Shown piece by piece: positions 39,841 to 49,434 of a DNA stretch of 64,000 nucleotides; position 1 is the stretch's first letter; every line of letters begins with the position of its first letter. The stretch spans positions 1-64,000 of the forward strand of contig JAWLHK010000011.1 in assembly GCA_041690355.1 (NCBI GenBank). Reading direction: 5' to 3'. The position numbers and the translations under genes were made by a program. This DNA is from a bacterium (GTDB lineage: Bacteria > J088 > JAWLBW01). The notes under the pieces are model-generated. The model worked only from the letters and a program-made list of their open reading frames with translations, was not told where the DNA came from and made no database searches.

Positions 39841-40884
39841 CTAAAGGAGCCTTGGCTCGCACAAAAAGCGTACGACCGGCTGAAAGGCCGTGGGAATCGG
39901 CTCGTCGGACAGCTCCGGAAGCGGAACCCACTTGCCCTGCGCGTCCCGGGGGGGCGGAGCGGAAACTTCGCGGACCGAAGCCTTCCACGTGCGGTGCGTG
40001 AAGACGTGCGTGTAGCGCAACACCTCGCGCCCCTCCCCTTCACTTTCCCCGTCACTCTTCCCTTCATTTTCGACGACAGGGAATCCCCACAAGCCCGCGA
40101 GCAGCCCCTGGGCGGGGCGCCGCTCGAGCCACACCCGGTTCCCCTCGCGGAAGACCAGGACGGTAACCGCCAGCTCCACATGGCGCGCGGCCTTCGCCTT
40201 GGCCGGACGCAGGAGCTGCGTCCCCTTTTCACGCGCGCGGCAGAAGCCCGCCACCGGGCATTCGTCGCAGCGCGGGGCGCGCGGCGTGCAGATCGTGGCG
40301 CCCAGTTCCATGAGCGCCTGGTTCCAGTCGCCGGGGCGCTCCGGGTCGACCCAGCGATCCGCTTCGCCCGACTGGAGATACGTGCGGATATCCTCGAGGG
40401 ACCGCTTGTCGTCGAGCCACCGGGCGAAGACGCGGATGACGTTGCCGTCCACCGCCGACACGGGCAGGCCAAAGGCGATGCTCCCCACGGCCCCCGCCGT
40501 GTACGCGCCGAGGCCGGGAATCGACCGCAGGTCCGCCAGCGTGCGCGGAAGCGTTCCCCCAAAGCGCTCGACCACCTCGCGCGCCCCCCGCCGGAGCAAC
40601 GCCACGCGACGGTAGTAGCCGAGCCCCTGCCATAAACGATGCAACGTATCCTCGTCCGCAGCGGCCAGCGCGCGGATGTCGGGGAGCGCGGCAAGGAACC
40701 GCTCGTAGTACGGGATCACCGTGGCGACCCGCGTCTGCTGAAGCATGACCTCGCTGACCCAGATGGCGTACGGATCGTTCGTCCGGCGCCAGGGGAGATC
40801 GCGGCAGGCCCGGTCGAACCAGGCGAGCAGCGTCCGGCGGATTTCCGCGAGGGCGGCCGCGTCGACCTTGCGCCCGCGGGCCAC
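39841..40884 (-). CDS. mutY: A/G-specific adenine glycosylase
   Basis: WVSEVMLQQT, WQGLGYY, VDGNVIRV, C-X6-C-X2-C-X5-C Fe-S motif. Confidence 0.95.
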   Translation of the reverse strand: MARGRKVDAAALAEIRRTLLAWFDRACRDLPWRRTNDPYAIWVSEVMLQQTRVATVIPYYERFLAALPDIRALAAADEDTLHRLWQGLGYYRRVALLRRGAREVVERFGGTLPRTLADLRSIPGLGAYTAGAVGSIAFGLPVSAVDGNVIRVFARWLDDKRSLEDIRTYLQSGEADRWVDPERPGDWNQALMELGATICTPRAPRCDECPVAGFCRAREKGTQLLRPAKAKAARHVELAVTVLVFREGNRVWLERRPAQGLLAGLWGFPVVENEGKSDGESEGEGREVLRYTHVFTHRTWKASVREVSAPPPRDAQGKWVPLPELSDEPIPTAFQPVVRFLCEPRLL

Positions 40885-41598
40885 TCACGCCCCCTGCAGG
40901 TCGACGAGGGGGAGGATGCCGCAGAAGGCGATCCCCTTGCGGTCGACGGCGATGGACAGCGGGTACACTTCGACCCCCGCGGCGACCGCTTCCTGCAGCG
41001 CGGCGGTGTATGCGGGATCGATGTCGGCGGCGGGGCCGAACGCCGCGCAGTCGGAGCGGTGCACGAAGAAGAGCACGGCCGCCCGGTGCCCCTGCGCGCG
41101 CAGTTCGGCCAGCTCGCGCATGTGTTTCGCACCCCTCGCGGTGACGCTGTCGGGGAACCGGGCCACGCCGCCGTCGGCGAGGCTCACGTTCTTCACTTCC
41201 ACATAGGCGTCCGGAAGGCCGGGGCCCTGGAGGAAAAAGTCGAGGCGGGTCGCCTTCGAGATCGCGTATTCCGCGCGCACGGCGGTGTACGCGGCCAGCC
41301 CGGGAATCGCCTGGGCGCGCAGGAGTCCGCCGACGACCCGGTTGGGGATGCCCGTGTTCACGCCGACCCATGTGCGCCCGATGCGCACCGCTTCGAGCGT
41401 GTACGGAAGTTTCCGCTTCGGATTGGCGTCGTGGGAAACGAGCGCGGTGCTCCCCGGCCGGTTGCAGCCGAGCATCGAGCCGGAGTTGGGGACGTGCACC
41501 GTAACCGTTTCGCCGTCCAGGTCCACATCGGCGAGAAAGCGCTTGTAGCGCCGGAGCAGAACCCCTTCGCGAACGGGCCTTTCGAACGGGAACCGCAT
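40885..41598 (-). CDS. sfsA: DNA/RNA nuclease SfsA
   Basis: RRYKRFLADV, HVPNSGSM, VEVKNVSL, FPDSVTARGAKH. Confidence 0.95.
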   Translation of the reverse strand: MRFPFERPVREGVLLRRYKRFLADVDLDGETVTVHVPNSGSMLGCNRPGSTALVSHDANPKRKLPYTLEAVRIGRTWVGVNTGIPNRVVGGLLRAQAIPGLAAYTAVRAEYAISKATRLDFFLQGPGLPDAYVEVKNVSLADGGVARFPDSVTARGAKHMRELAELRAQGHRAAVLFFVHRSDCAAFGPAADIDPAYTAALQEAVAAGVEVYPLSIAVDRKGIAFCGILPLVDLQGA

Positions 41599-41615
41599 TC
41601 CTGCATCCGCCCCGC

Positions 41616-42173
41616 TTACCAGAGGCCGAGTGCCCGCGTGAGCAGGATGCCGCTCACGGCCAGGTAGCCGAGCCAGGCCTGCCACTCCTTGTGCTTCTTC
41701 AGCATGAGGGCCGCGTCGTACTCCCCGAATCCGCGGAACTTCGTGAGCGCCGGCGCAAACCGGGGCACGCCGGAGTTCAGGTAGCCGGGCATCTCGTCGG
41801 GAAAGAGGCGCACGAGATCCCCCTCTTCCTTGCGGATGATCTGGTGATAGACGTACAGGTAGGCGATGACGAAGCCCACGGCGAACCAGGGGTTGCCCCC
41901 CATGACCGACACGCCGATGCCCGCGATGAAGCTGCCCACGTAGAGCGGGTTGCGCGTCATGGCATACGGGCCGTCGGTGGTCAGCACCTTGTTCTTGCGG
42001 ATGAGCCCGCTGCTCCACGCGCGCAGGGCGAGGCCGGGGATGCCCAGGGGGAACCCGATGGCGAGCGTCGTCCACGTCGGCCGCGAGAAGTAGAGAAACC
42101 CGAGCGCGAACAGGAAGCCGAGAAACACCCGGCGGCGGACGATGAACTGAATCAGTTTCTGCATGGGCTTCAC
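41616..42173 (-). CDS. ICMT/PEMT-family membrane methyltransferase
   Basis: LRAWSSG, GPYAMTRNPLYVG, EE..L...F. Confidence 0.88.
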   Translation of the reverse strand: MKPMQKLIQFIVRRRVFLGFLFALGFLYFSRPTWTTLAIGFPLGIPGLALRAWSSGLIRKNKVLTTDGPYAMTRNPLYVGSFIAGIGVSVMGGNPWFAVGFVIAYLYVYHQIIRKEEGDLVRLFPDEMPGYLNSGVPRFAPALTKFRGFGEYDAALMLKKHKEWQAWLGYLAVSGILLTRALGLW

Positions 42174-42745
42174 CCGGCTTCCGTAAGAATCCAGCGAACG
42201 GCGTCGAGCACGTCGTTCGCCACGTGATCAATTTTCACACCCTGCGCCACAGCCTTCTCGCGCTCGCGGGGGCCGTATCCTGTCTGCACGAGCACGCCGC
42301 GGCCGCCCACCGCATGGGCGAGCTGCACGTCGCTCACCTTGTCGCCGACGACATAGCTCGCCGGCAAATCGATGCCATGCTCGGCGGCCGCACGCTGAAG
42401 CAGCCCCGGCGCCGGCTTGCGGCACTCGCAGGCAATCGCATACGCAGCGATCTCCCCCTCGGGGTGGTGCGGACAGTAGTACAGCGCGTCGACCGCGGCC
42501 CCTTCGGCGGCGAGCAGCCCGAGCACGCGGGCGTTCACCGTTTCGACCTGTTCGACGGTCAGCAGTCCGCGCGCGATGCCGCTCTGGTTCGAGATGACGA
42601 CGGCGGGCATCCCCGCTTCGCGCACGGCGCGCACCGCTTCGGCCGCGCCCGGAAGAAGGCGGATGCGATCCGGATCGCCCGCGTAACCGATCTCTTCGTT
42701 CAGATTGCCGTCGCGGTCGAAGAAAACGGCCGGGCGCAGGCTCAC
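42170..42745 (-). CDS. gmhB: D-glycero-D-manno-heptose 1,7-bisphosphate phosphatase
   Basis: FDRDG, SNQSG, CPHHP..CECRKP, VGDK.SD. Confidence 0.9.
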   Translation of the reverse strand: MSLRPAVFFDRDGNLNEEIGYAGDPDRIRLLPGAAEAVRAVREAGMPAVVISNQSGIARGLLTVEQVETVNARVLGLLAAEGAAVDALYYCPHHPEGEIAAYAIACECRKPAPGLLQRAAAEHGIDLPASYVVGDKVSDVQLAHAVGGRGVLVQTGYGPREREKAVAQGVKIDHVANDVLDAVRWILTEAG

Positions 42746-42755
42746 GAAGTCTCCC

Positions 42756-43337
42756 TCAGAGCATCCGCAGGGCGACGATCAGCACGGCGCTCACGGCGAC
42801 GATGGCCAGCAGCGTGACGCGCTCGCTCTTCAGCGCCTTGCCGAAGTCGCTCTCGCCCTGGCGGTACCCGGTGATCCGGGGCACCCAGCGCGGCACTTCC
42901 TTGCAGTAATTGACGTACGGCTCGCCGAACTTCTCGCGCAGGTTCCACTCTTCCCACTGCACGATGTAGTGGTACTGGAACGCAAAGAGGGCGATGTAGA
43001 CGGGCACGAGAATCCACGCGCCGGCGGCCATGACGAAGCCGAGGCTCAGAAAGAAGTTCCCCACGTACAGGGGGTTCCGCACGAGGCTGAACGGGCCGCC
43101 GTCGATGAGGATGCCGGTGGCGTTCGTACGCGTGCGCGAGATGCCGCCGATATGGCTGACCCCCCAGAAGCGCACGGCCTCGCCGATGAGGATCGAGGCG
43201 ACCCCCACGGCCACCGAAACGGCGGTCGGGCGGATGTATCCCAGATAGATCAGGATGACGGCGAGAAGAATGAGGGGAATCGGCGTGTAGTCCCGTTTCT
43301 TGAAGAGCCACGCGCCAAGGCGAACGCTTTTATCCAT
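42756..43337 (-). CDS. ICMT-family methyltransferase, LmtA-like
   Basis: GAWLFKKRDYTP N-terminus, GEAVRFW, GPFSLVRNPLYVGNF, EE..L.EKFG..Y..Y...VPRW. Confidence 0.88.
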   Translation of the reverse strand: MDKSVRLGAWLFKKRDYTPIPLILLAVILIYLGYIRPTAVSVAVGVASILIGEAVRFWGVSHIGGISRTRTNATGILIDGGPFSLVRNPLYVGNFFLSLGFVMAAGAWILVPVYIALFAFQYHYIVQWEEWNLREKFGEPYVNYCKEVPRWVPRITGYRQGESDFGKALKSERVTLLAIVAVSAVLIVALRML

Positions 43338-43394
43338 CGTACACTCGAAAGAAGGTTATTGAATCAGGTATGCGGGCCGCTCGCAATGTTGGAG

Positions 43395-43499
43395 GAGTGA
43401 CGAGTTACGAGTGACGAGTGACCGAGTTTTCGGCAAGGACCGCGCGATTCTTCCCGCCCTAGCCGGTCAGCGCTCAGTGCTTGGCGCTTAGCGCTTTGC
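43395..43499 (-). repeat. full heptamer-hairpin-heptamer module overlapping the lpxK stop
   Basis: AAGCGCT AAGCGCC AAGCACT GAGCGCT GACCGGCTAGGGC..GTCCTTGCCG..ACTCGTC x3. Confidence 0.85.
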
Positions 43500-44453
43500 T
43501 CCCAACCGCTCCTCCAGCCACGCAAAGAATTCCCCCGGCAGCTCGGCGCGGGCCGTGGCGACCAGCCAGCGGCCTTGCGTGACGCGGCGGCGCACCTTGA
43601 CGGCGTCCTTCTGCGTGATGACGATCGGCAGGCCCCCCGCCCGCGACTCGATGCGCTGCACGTCCCCCTGCCCCCACGCGGTATGATCCGCGAGCGGGAA
43701 GGCCTCGCGCAGACGGATGCCCGCGGAATCGAGCGCGTCGAAGAACCGCTGCGGCCAGGCGATCCCCGCGGCAGCCACCGCTTCCGCAGGTGCGGTGGAC
43801 GGCTTCCCATCGAGATCCGTGAAGTCCCCGAGCGCGACGGCGAAGCTGAAGCTCGGCCCCCGCCACTCGGGGGGAATCTCGGCCGAGCCGCGCAGCAGGA
43901 GCGCCGAGGCGCGCCCCAGGGCCGCGACCGGTTCCCGCAGCGGCCCCGCGGGGAGCAGCATGCGGTTCCCCAGGCCGCGCTCATCGAGAAGCACCAGATC
44001 CACGTCGCGGTGCAGCCGGCGGTACCCGAAGCCGTCGTCGAGAATGACCACCCCTGCCCCGGCGTCAACGGCAGAGCGCGCGCCGAGCACGCGATCGCGC
44101 GCCACCCAGACGGCGGCATCCGGCGCGAGCAGACTCATTTCGATCGGCTCGTCCCCCACGACGCGCGGATCGGAACCGTCGGTCACGCGCGCGGGCCCCT
44201 TGCCCGTGCCGCCGTAGCCGCGCGAAACAATGGCGGGCGCCCGGGACGCCAGATGCCGGGCGATCGCCACCGTGACCGGCGTCTTGCCGGCGCCGCCGAC
44301 GACCAGGTTGCCGACGGAGATCACGGGCGCCGCAACCGCTTCCACATGGGCGGCGCGGCGGTTCCCATGCCAGCGCTGACCGGCTCCGTAGAGCGCCGCG
44401 AGCGTGCGGCCGAGGGGGCCGCCGCCGATCCCTTCAAACGGGCGTCCGGGCAC
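43488..44453 (-). CDS. lpxK: tetraacyldisaccharide 4'-kinase
   Basis: SVGNLVVGGAGKTP, SRGYG, GDEP, LDDG, LPAGPLRE. Confidence 0.93.
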   Translation of the reverse strand: MPGRPFEGIGGGPLGRTLAALYGAGQRWHGNRRAAHVEAVAAPVISVGNLVVGGAGKTPVTVAIARHLASRAPAIVSRGYGGTGKGPARVTDGSDPRVVGDEPIEMSLLAPDAAVWVARDRVLGARSAVDAGAGVVILDDGFGYRRLHRDVDLVLLDERGLGNRMLLPAGPLREPVAALGRASALLLRGSAEIPPEWRGPSFSFAVALGDFTDLDGKPSTAPAEAVAAAGIAWPQRFFDALDSAGIRLREAFPLADHTAWGQGDVQRIESRAGGLPIVITQKDAVKVRRRVTQGRWLVATARAELPGEFFAWLEERLGAKR

Positions 44454-45696
44454 GCACCCTCCCCCCGATGACGTCGACGTACCGCTCCAGAATCTTCCCC
44501 TGCTCGGCCACGGCCGCCGCGCCGGCCTCACCCATGCGCTCGCGCGCCACCGGGTCGGCCAGCAGCGCGCGAAGAATCCGGGCGCAGTCCTTCCAGTCGC
44601 GTCCCCGCAGGGCCGCGCCGCGCGCTTCGAGCAGGGCGGCCACTTCGGCAAAGTTCCCCACGTGGGGACCGTAGACGACAGGCCTTCGCGCGGCGGCCGC
44701 CTCGAGCATGTTGTGACCGCCGATCGGCACCAGGCTTCCGCCGAGGAAGCAGACCGTTCCCCGGCCGTACACGAGCGGCAGTTCGCCGACGGTGTCGAGC
44801 AGAAAGACGTCGCAATCCTCGGCGCCGTTGCGGCTGCGGCGTTTCCAGCGGAAACCGCGCTGTCCAAGAAGCCGCTCGACGTCGGCGACCCGCTGCGGAT
44901 GGCGTGGCGCAAGAATCAGGCGGAGCGCCGGGCGGTACTGGCGCAGATCCTCGAACAGATCGAGCACCTGCTCTTCTTCGCCCGCGTGCGTGGAACCGGC
45001 CACGACCACCTCGGCATCCTCGGGCCAGCTGGCGATCGCGGGGAACTTGCCGGGGGCCTGCAGCCCCGCCCACTTCACGTTCCCCAAAACCTGCACGCGA
45101 TCTGCGGGCGCACCCAGAGCACGGATCCGCTCGGCGCTCTCCTCGCCGTTCATGAGGAAGAGGTCGAACCGGGCGAAGATCGGCGCCAGCAGCCGGCGCA
45201 CCATCCGGTACCGGCCGAAGGAGCGGGCCGAGATGCGGCCGTTGACGAGCAGAATCCGGGCGCCGCTTTTGTGCGCCATGCGCAGGAACTGCGGCCAGAG
45301 CTCGGTCTCGAAGACGAGCACGGTCTCGGGTCTTACGCGGTGGAACACGCGGCGCAGGAACCAGTAGGAGTCGAGGGGAATCAGCGCCGTGGCGGCGCGG
45401 GAACCCAGCGCACGCTCGGCCTGTTCGAGCCCTGTGGTGGTCATCGTGGTCACGAGCAGGGCGCGATCGGGAAACTCGTCGAGCAGGCGCTCGAGCAGCG
45501 GGCGCGCCGCCATGAATTCTCCCACCGAGGCACAATGGGCCCAGATGACCGGACGCCCGCGCAGGCGATCGTAGACGATGGGGGCCCAGTTGCCGAGCCG
45601 GTCCGACAACCGCGTCCGCCAGCGGGGCACGACGACGAGGGCCGGGTACAGCAGGAGAAGGATCAGCTCGACGATGATTTCGTAGACGAGAAACAA
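44434..45696 (-). CDS. waaA: Kdo transferase
   Basis: WAHCASVGE, ETELWP, GSTHAGEE, APRHPQR, GGHNMLE. Confidence 0.95.
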   Translation of the reverse strand: MFLVYEIIVELILLLLYPALVVVPRWRTRLSDRLGNWAPIVYDRLRGRPVIWAHCASVGEFMAARPLLERLLDEFPDRALLVTTMTTTGLEQAERALGSRAATALIPLDSYWFLRRVFHRVRPETVLVFETELWPQFLRMAHKSGARILLVNGRISARSFGRYRMVRRLLAPIFARFDLFLMNGEESAERIRALGAPADRVQVLGNVKWAGLQAPGKFPAIASWPEDAEVVVAGSTHAGEEEQVLDLFEDLRQYRPALRLILAPRHPQRVADVERLLGQRGFRWKRRSRNGAEDCDVFLLDTVGELPLVYGRGTVCFLGGSLVPIGGHNMLEAAAARRPVVYGPHVGNFAEVAALLEARGAALRGRDWKDCARILRALLADPVARERMGEAGAAAVAEQGKILERYVDVIGGRVRARTPV

Positions 45697-46416
45697 TCAG
45701 TCCTCGCCCGTGTACCCGGCGCGCGCATCGAGGCGCCGCCGTTCATCGTTCATGAGGGTTTCGATGCGAAGCCGGGCCGCTTCGAAGTCTTCGTCGGGCG
45801 CGATGCGGATCGATTCGGACCAGCGCACGTACACCTTGTCGAACGGGGTGGGCACGAGAAAGCGGTCCCAGGAGCCGAGCCGTTTCCCGCGGTGCGACGC
45901 GGCCGTCACGCAGATGACCGGAACTCCGCTCTCCCGGGCGAGCTCGACCACGCCCGGCTTGACGCGGTAACGGGGACCCTTCGGTCCGTCAGGCGTGATG
46001 CCGACGTCAAGCCCCTCGGCCAGCGCGCGCCGCATGATGTCCATGGCTTCGCTTCCGCCGCGCGTGCTCGATCCGCGCACGGCCTCGAGGCCGAACCGGC
46101 GAACCACCCGCGCGATCAGTTCCCCGTCGCGCGAACTGGAGATGAGCACCCTGACTCCCCTGCCCCGGTAGCAGAACGGCAGCATGAGCAGGCGGCCGTG
46201 CCAGAAGACCACGATGACATGCTCGCCCTGGCGCACGTGGCGCAGGATGTTCTCCTCGTCGATCTCCATGCGCAGGGTGAGCCGGTAAAGGCGCAGCACG
46301 AGCGCGCCGAAGGCGGCCGCGAGCAGAATCAGGGCGCGATCCTTCCACTTGAGCCGACGATCGGCAGAACTCGCCCGGGGCGCGGTGGGGGGGCTCGAAA
46401 GCGGCGCGGAAGTCAT
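45697..46416 (-). CDS. DUF374 lysophospholipid acyltransferase (LpxJ-like)
   Basis: FWHGR, SSSRDGE, RGSSTRGG, ITPDGPKGP, SWDRF..PF. Confidence 0.88.
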   Translation of the reverse strand: MTSAPLSSPPTAPRASSADRRLKWKDRALILLAAAFGALVLRLYRLTLRMEIDEENILRHVRQGEHVIVVFWHGRLLMLPFCYRGRGVRVLISSSRDGELIARVVRRFGLEAVRGSSTRGGSEAMDIMRRALAEGLDVGITPDGPKGPRYRVKPGVVELARESGVPVICVTAASHRGKRLGSWDRFLVPTPFDKVYVRWSESIRIAPDEDFEAARLRIETLMNDERRRLDARAGYTGED

Positions 46417-46491
46417 CCGATAAACGGTAACACCCGGCCCGCTTCCATTCCACTCGCGGAACGGAGGGAAAGGGCGGGCCGTTCGGCGGGA

Positions 46492-48297
46492 TCAGGCCGG
46501 CTCGGCGGAATCGTCGGGGGCCGGGGCTTCTGGCGGCGTATCCTCCGACGCCCCCTGTTCCGCGAACTGCAGCTGGTAGAGGCGGGCATACTCGCCGCCG
46601 CTCTCGAGAAGTTCGTCGTGGCTCCCCACTTCGGCGACGCGGCCGTTGACGATGGTGACGATGCGGCTCGCGTTGCGGATGGTCGAGAGACGGTGGGCGA
46701 TGACGAAGGTCGTGCGCCCGACCATGAGGTTGTCGAGGGCGCGCTGCACTTCCTTCTCCGCCTTCGTGTCCAGCGCGCTCGTCGCCTCATCCAGGATGAG
46801 GATCGGTGCGTTGCTGAGAATGGCGCGGGCGATGGAGATGCGCTGTTTCTGTCCGCCCGAGAGCTTGACCCCCTGCTCGCCGACGACGGAATCGTAGCCC
46901 TCGCTGAGCCCGAGGATGAACTCGTGCGCGTGGGCCGCCCGCGCGGCCGCCTCGATCTCCTCTTCCGACGCATCCGGTCGCCCGTAGCGGATGTTGTTGC
47001 GGATCGTGTCATTGAAGAGGAAGGTGGTCTGGGTGACGATGGCGATCTGCTCGCGCAGAGACCGCTGCGTGTACTCGGTCGCGTCAACGCCATCGAAGAG
47101 AATCCGCCCCTGCGTCGGATCGAAGAAGCGGGGAATCAGGTTCACGAGCGTCGACTTGCCGCCGCCGCTCGGGCCGACGAAGGCGATCATTTCGCCGGTG
47201 CGCACCGTCAGATCGATGTCCTTGAGGACCTCGTCCTGGCCGGGGGCGTAGGCGAAGGAGACGTGTTCGAAGACGATGTCCTTGCGCACGGGCGGCATCT
47301 CGCGGGCGTCGGGCCGGTCCAGGATCTCCGACTTCGTATCGAGGATCTCGAAGACCCGCTCGGCCGCGGCGGCCCCGCTCTGAATCGTGTGGTTGACCCC
47401 ATTCAGCTTCTTGACGGGATCGTAGAGCATCATGAGCGAAGCCATGAACGAGAAGAAATCGCCCTGCGTGATCTCGCCGCGGATGACCATGACGCCGCCG
47501 AGCAGAATGATGCTCGCGACCCCGACGGCGCCGATGAGCTCCATGAGGGGAAAGCTGACCGACTTGATGCGCGTGAAGCGGCGGATGATGTGCAGCAGCT
47601 TGTTCTCTTCGCTGCGGAAGCGCTTCGACTCGACCGCCTCCATGTTGAACGCCTTGACGACGCGGATGCCGGTGAACCCCTCAATGAGCACGTGGTTCAT
47701 CTGCCCCATGACCGCCTGCCCCTCGCGCGTGTAGTTGCGCAGGCGCTGGCCGAACTTCGCCAGCGGATAGACCGCGATGGGGAAGACGATCATCGAGACC
47801 AGCGCCAGGCGGAAGTTGAAGTAGAAGACCATGAAGGTCAGGCCGATGATGGTCAGGATGTGCAGCGCCAGCGCCGTCACCGCCTGCGTCGCCGCCGTGT
47901 TCATGAGTGTGATGTCGTTCCACACCCTTGCCGTCAGATTGCCGGTCGACGTGTTCGAGAAGAACTTGAGGTCCTGGCGCAGCAGGTGATCGACCACCTC
48001 CTGGCGGATGTCGATGATCGCCTTCTGGCCCACCATGCTCATGATGTAGGACTGCAGGTAGAAGAAGATCCCCTTGATGAGGAAGAGACCGACGATACCC
48101 GCCGCGATTGGATACAGCGCCGCCTCTTCGCGCGCCGTGAAGATGCGGTCCATGACCGGCTTGACCATGTAGGCCGTGCCGCTCGTCGCGGCGGCGACCA
48201 CGCCCATGCAGGCGGTCGCGAACAGCGCCTCGCCCAGGTACGGGCGCACGTAGCGGGCCATGCGGAGGTAGATATTCTTGTTGGGAACGACGCTCAT
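46492..48297 (-). CDS. msbA: lipid A flippase ABC transporter
   Basis: fused TMD-NBD; GPSGGGKST, LSGGQKQR, DEATSALD; position between lpxB and waaA. Confidence 0.88.
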   Translation of the reverse strand: MSVVPNKNIYLRMARYVRPYLGEALFATACMGVVAAATSGTAYMVKPVMDRIFTAREEAALYPIAAGIVGLFLIKGIFFYLQSYIMSMVGQKAIIDIRQEVVDHLLRQDLKFFSNTSTGNLTARVWNDITLMNTAATQAVTALALHILTIIGLTFMVFYFNFRLALVSMIVFPIAVYPLAKFGQRLRNYTREGQAVMGQMNHVLIEGFTGIRVVKAFNMEAVESKRFRSEENKLLHIIRRFTRIKSVSFPLMELIGAVGVASIILLGGVMVIRGEITQGDFFSFMASLMMLYDPVKKLNGVNHTIQSGAAAAERVFEILDTKSEILDRPDAREMPPVRKDIVFEHVSFAYAPGQDEVLKDIDLTVRTGEMIAFVGPSGGGKSTLVNLIPRFFDPTQGRILFDGVDATEYTQRSLREQIAIVTQTTFLFNDTIRNNIRYGRPDASEEEIEAAARAAHAHEFILGLSEGYDSVVGEQGVKLSGGQKQRISIARAILSNAPILILDEATSALDTKAEKEVQRALDNLMVGRTTFVIAHRLSTIRNASRIVTIVNGRVAEVGSHDELLESGGEYARLYQLQFAEQGASEDTPPEAPAPDDSAEPA

Positions 48298-48314
48298 GCG
48301 ATTTGCCGGTTCGG

Positions 48315-49418
48315 TTACCTGCGCGACGGCAGGGCGTTGAGGATGGCTGCCGCGGCGCGATCGGCCGCCCCCGGCTCGCCCAGCGACGTGCGGAGCGCCC
48401 GCAGGTCGGCGTGGACTTCGGCGCGTCGCCCGGCGTCACCGAGAATGGTCAGCGCGTAGTCGGCGAGCTGCGGACCGTTGACTTCATTCTGCAACAGTTC
48501 GGGCACGACTTCACGTCCGGCCAGGATGTTGGGGAGAGAGAAGTGCGACAGCTTGACAAGCCGCTTCGCGATGGCGAGGGTCAGCGGGTGCAGCCGGTAG
48601 ACGACGGCCATCGGAACCTCGGCGAGCGCGGTCTCGAGCGCGGCCGTGCCCGAGGCCACCCAGGCGAAGTCGCAGTCGGCCATGACCGCGGGCAGCGGAC
48701 GGTCGTCCAGGGCGACCCCGGCCTCGACGGCAGGCTGCAGCATGGTGCGATCGACGGTCGAGGCCACCGGGAGCAGAAAGCGCGCCTCGGGATACTCTGC
48801 GCGCACCCGCTGCACCGCCTCGAGCATCGGGGGGAGCAGGCCGGTCACTTCGCTGCGCCGGCTCCCGGGAACGACGCCGATGACAGGCGCGGCATCCGGA
48901 TCGGGGCGCGCGGGGCCCTTGCAGTCGTCGAGCAGCGGGTTGCCGATGAACTCGGCCGTCACCCCGTGTTCCGCATAAAAGCGGGTCTCGAAGGGGAAAA
49001 TGACGAGCAGCTGTTCGATGAGCGCGCGGATCTTGCGCACCCGCCCGGCGCGCCAGGCCCAGAGCTTGGGGGGAATGAAGTAGATGGTGCGGATCCCCGC
49101 CTCGCGCACGGTCTCGGCCAGGCGCAGGTTGAAGTCGGGAGCGTCGATGAAGATGACGGCATCCGGCTTCCACCGGCGGATCGTTTCGGCCGCCTCGCGC
49201 TTGATCTGCAGGATGCGCCGCAGACGGGGGAGCAGTTCGACCACCCCCATGACGTTCATTTCGCCGATGTCGGCCAGCAGGTCGACGCCGGCCGCCTTCA
49301 TGCGCGTGCCGCCGATGCCGCGAATCTCGCACCCGGGAACCCGATCGCGCAGGGCGCGCGCCAAGGCGGCGCCGTGGTATTCGCCCGAGGCCTCGCCGGT
49401 GGAGATGAAGAAGCGCAT
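48315..49418 (-). CDS. lpxB: lipid A disaccharide synthase
   Basis: GEASG, IDAPDFN, P.LWAWR, PGSRRSE, SGTAALE, PELLQ. Confidence 0.95.
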   Translation of the reverse strand: MRFFISTGEASGEYHGAALARALRDRVPGCEIRGIGGTRMKAAGVDLLADIGEMNVMGVVELLPRLRRILQIKREAAETIRRWKPDAVIFIDAPDFNLRLAETVREAGIRTIYFIPPKLWAWRAGRVRKIRALIEQLLVIFPFETRFYAEHGVTAEFIGNPLLDDCKGPARPDPDAAPVIGVVPGSRRSEVTGLLPPMLEAVQRVRAEYPEARFLLPVASTVDRTMLQPAVEAGVALDDRPLPAVMADCDFAWVASGTAALETALAEVPMAVVYRLHPLTLAIAKRLVKLSHFSLPNILAGREVVPELLQNEVNGPQLADYALTILGDAGRRAEVHADLRALRTSLGEPGAADRAAAAILNALPSRR

Positions 49419-49434
49419 GACAGCAGCCCCGAGG

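Noticed and set aside
44404-48459. 1351-aa plus-strand ORF
   Set aside because: Antisense shadow of waaA, DUF374 and msbA; typical of high-GC codon bias, with no recognisable motifs
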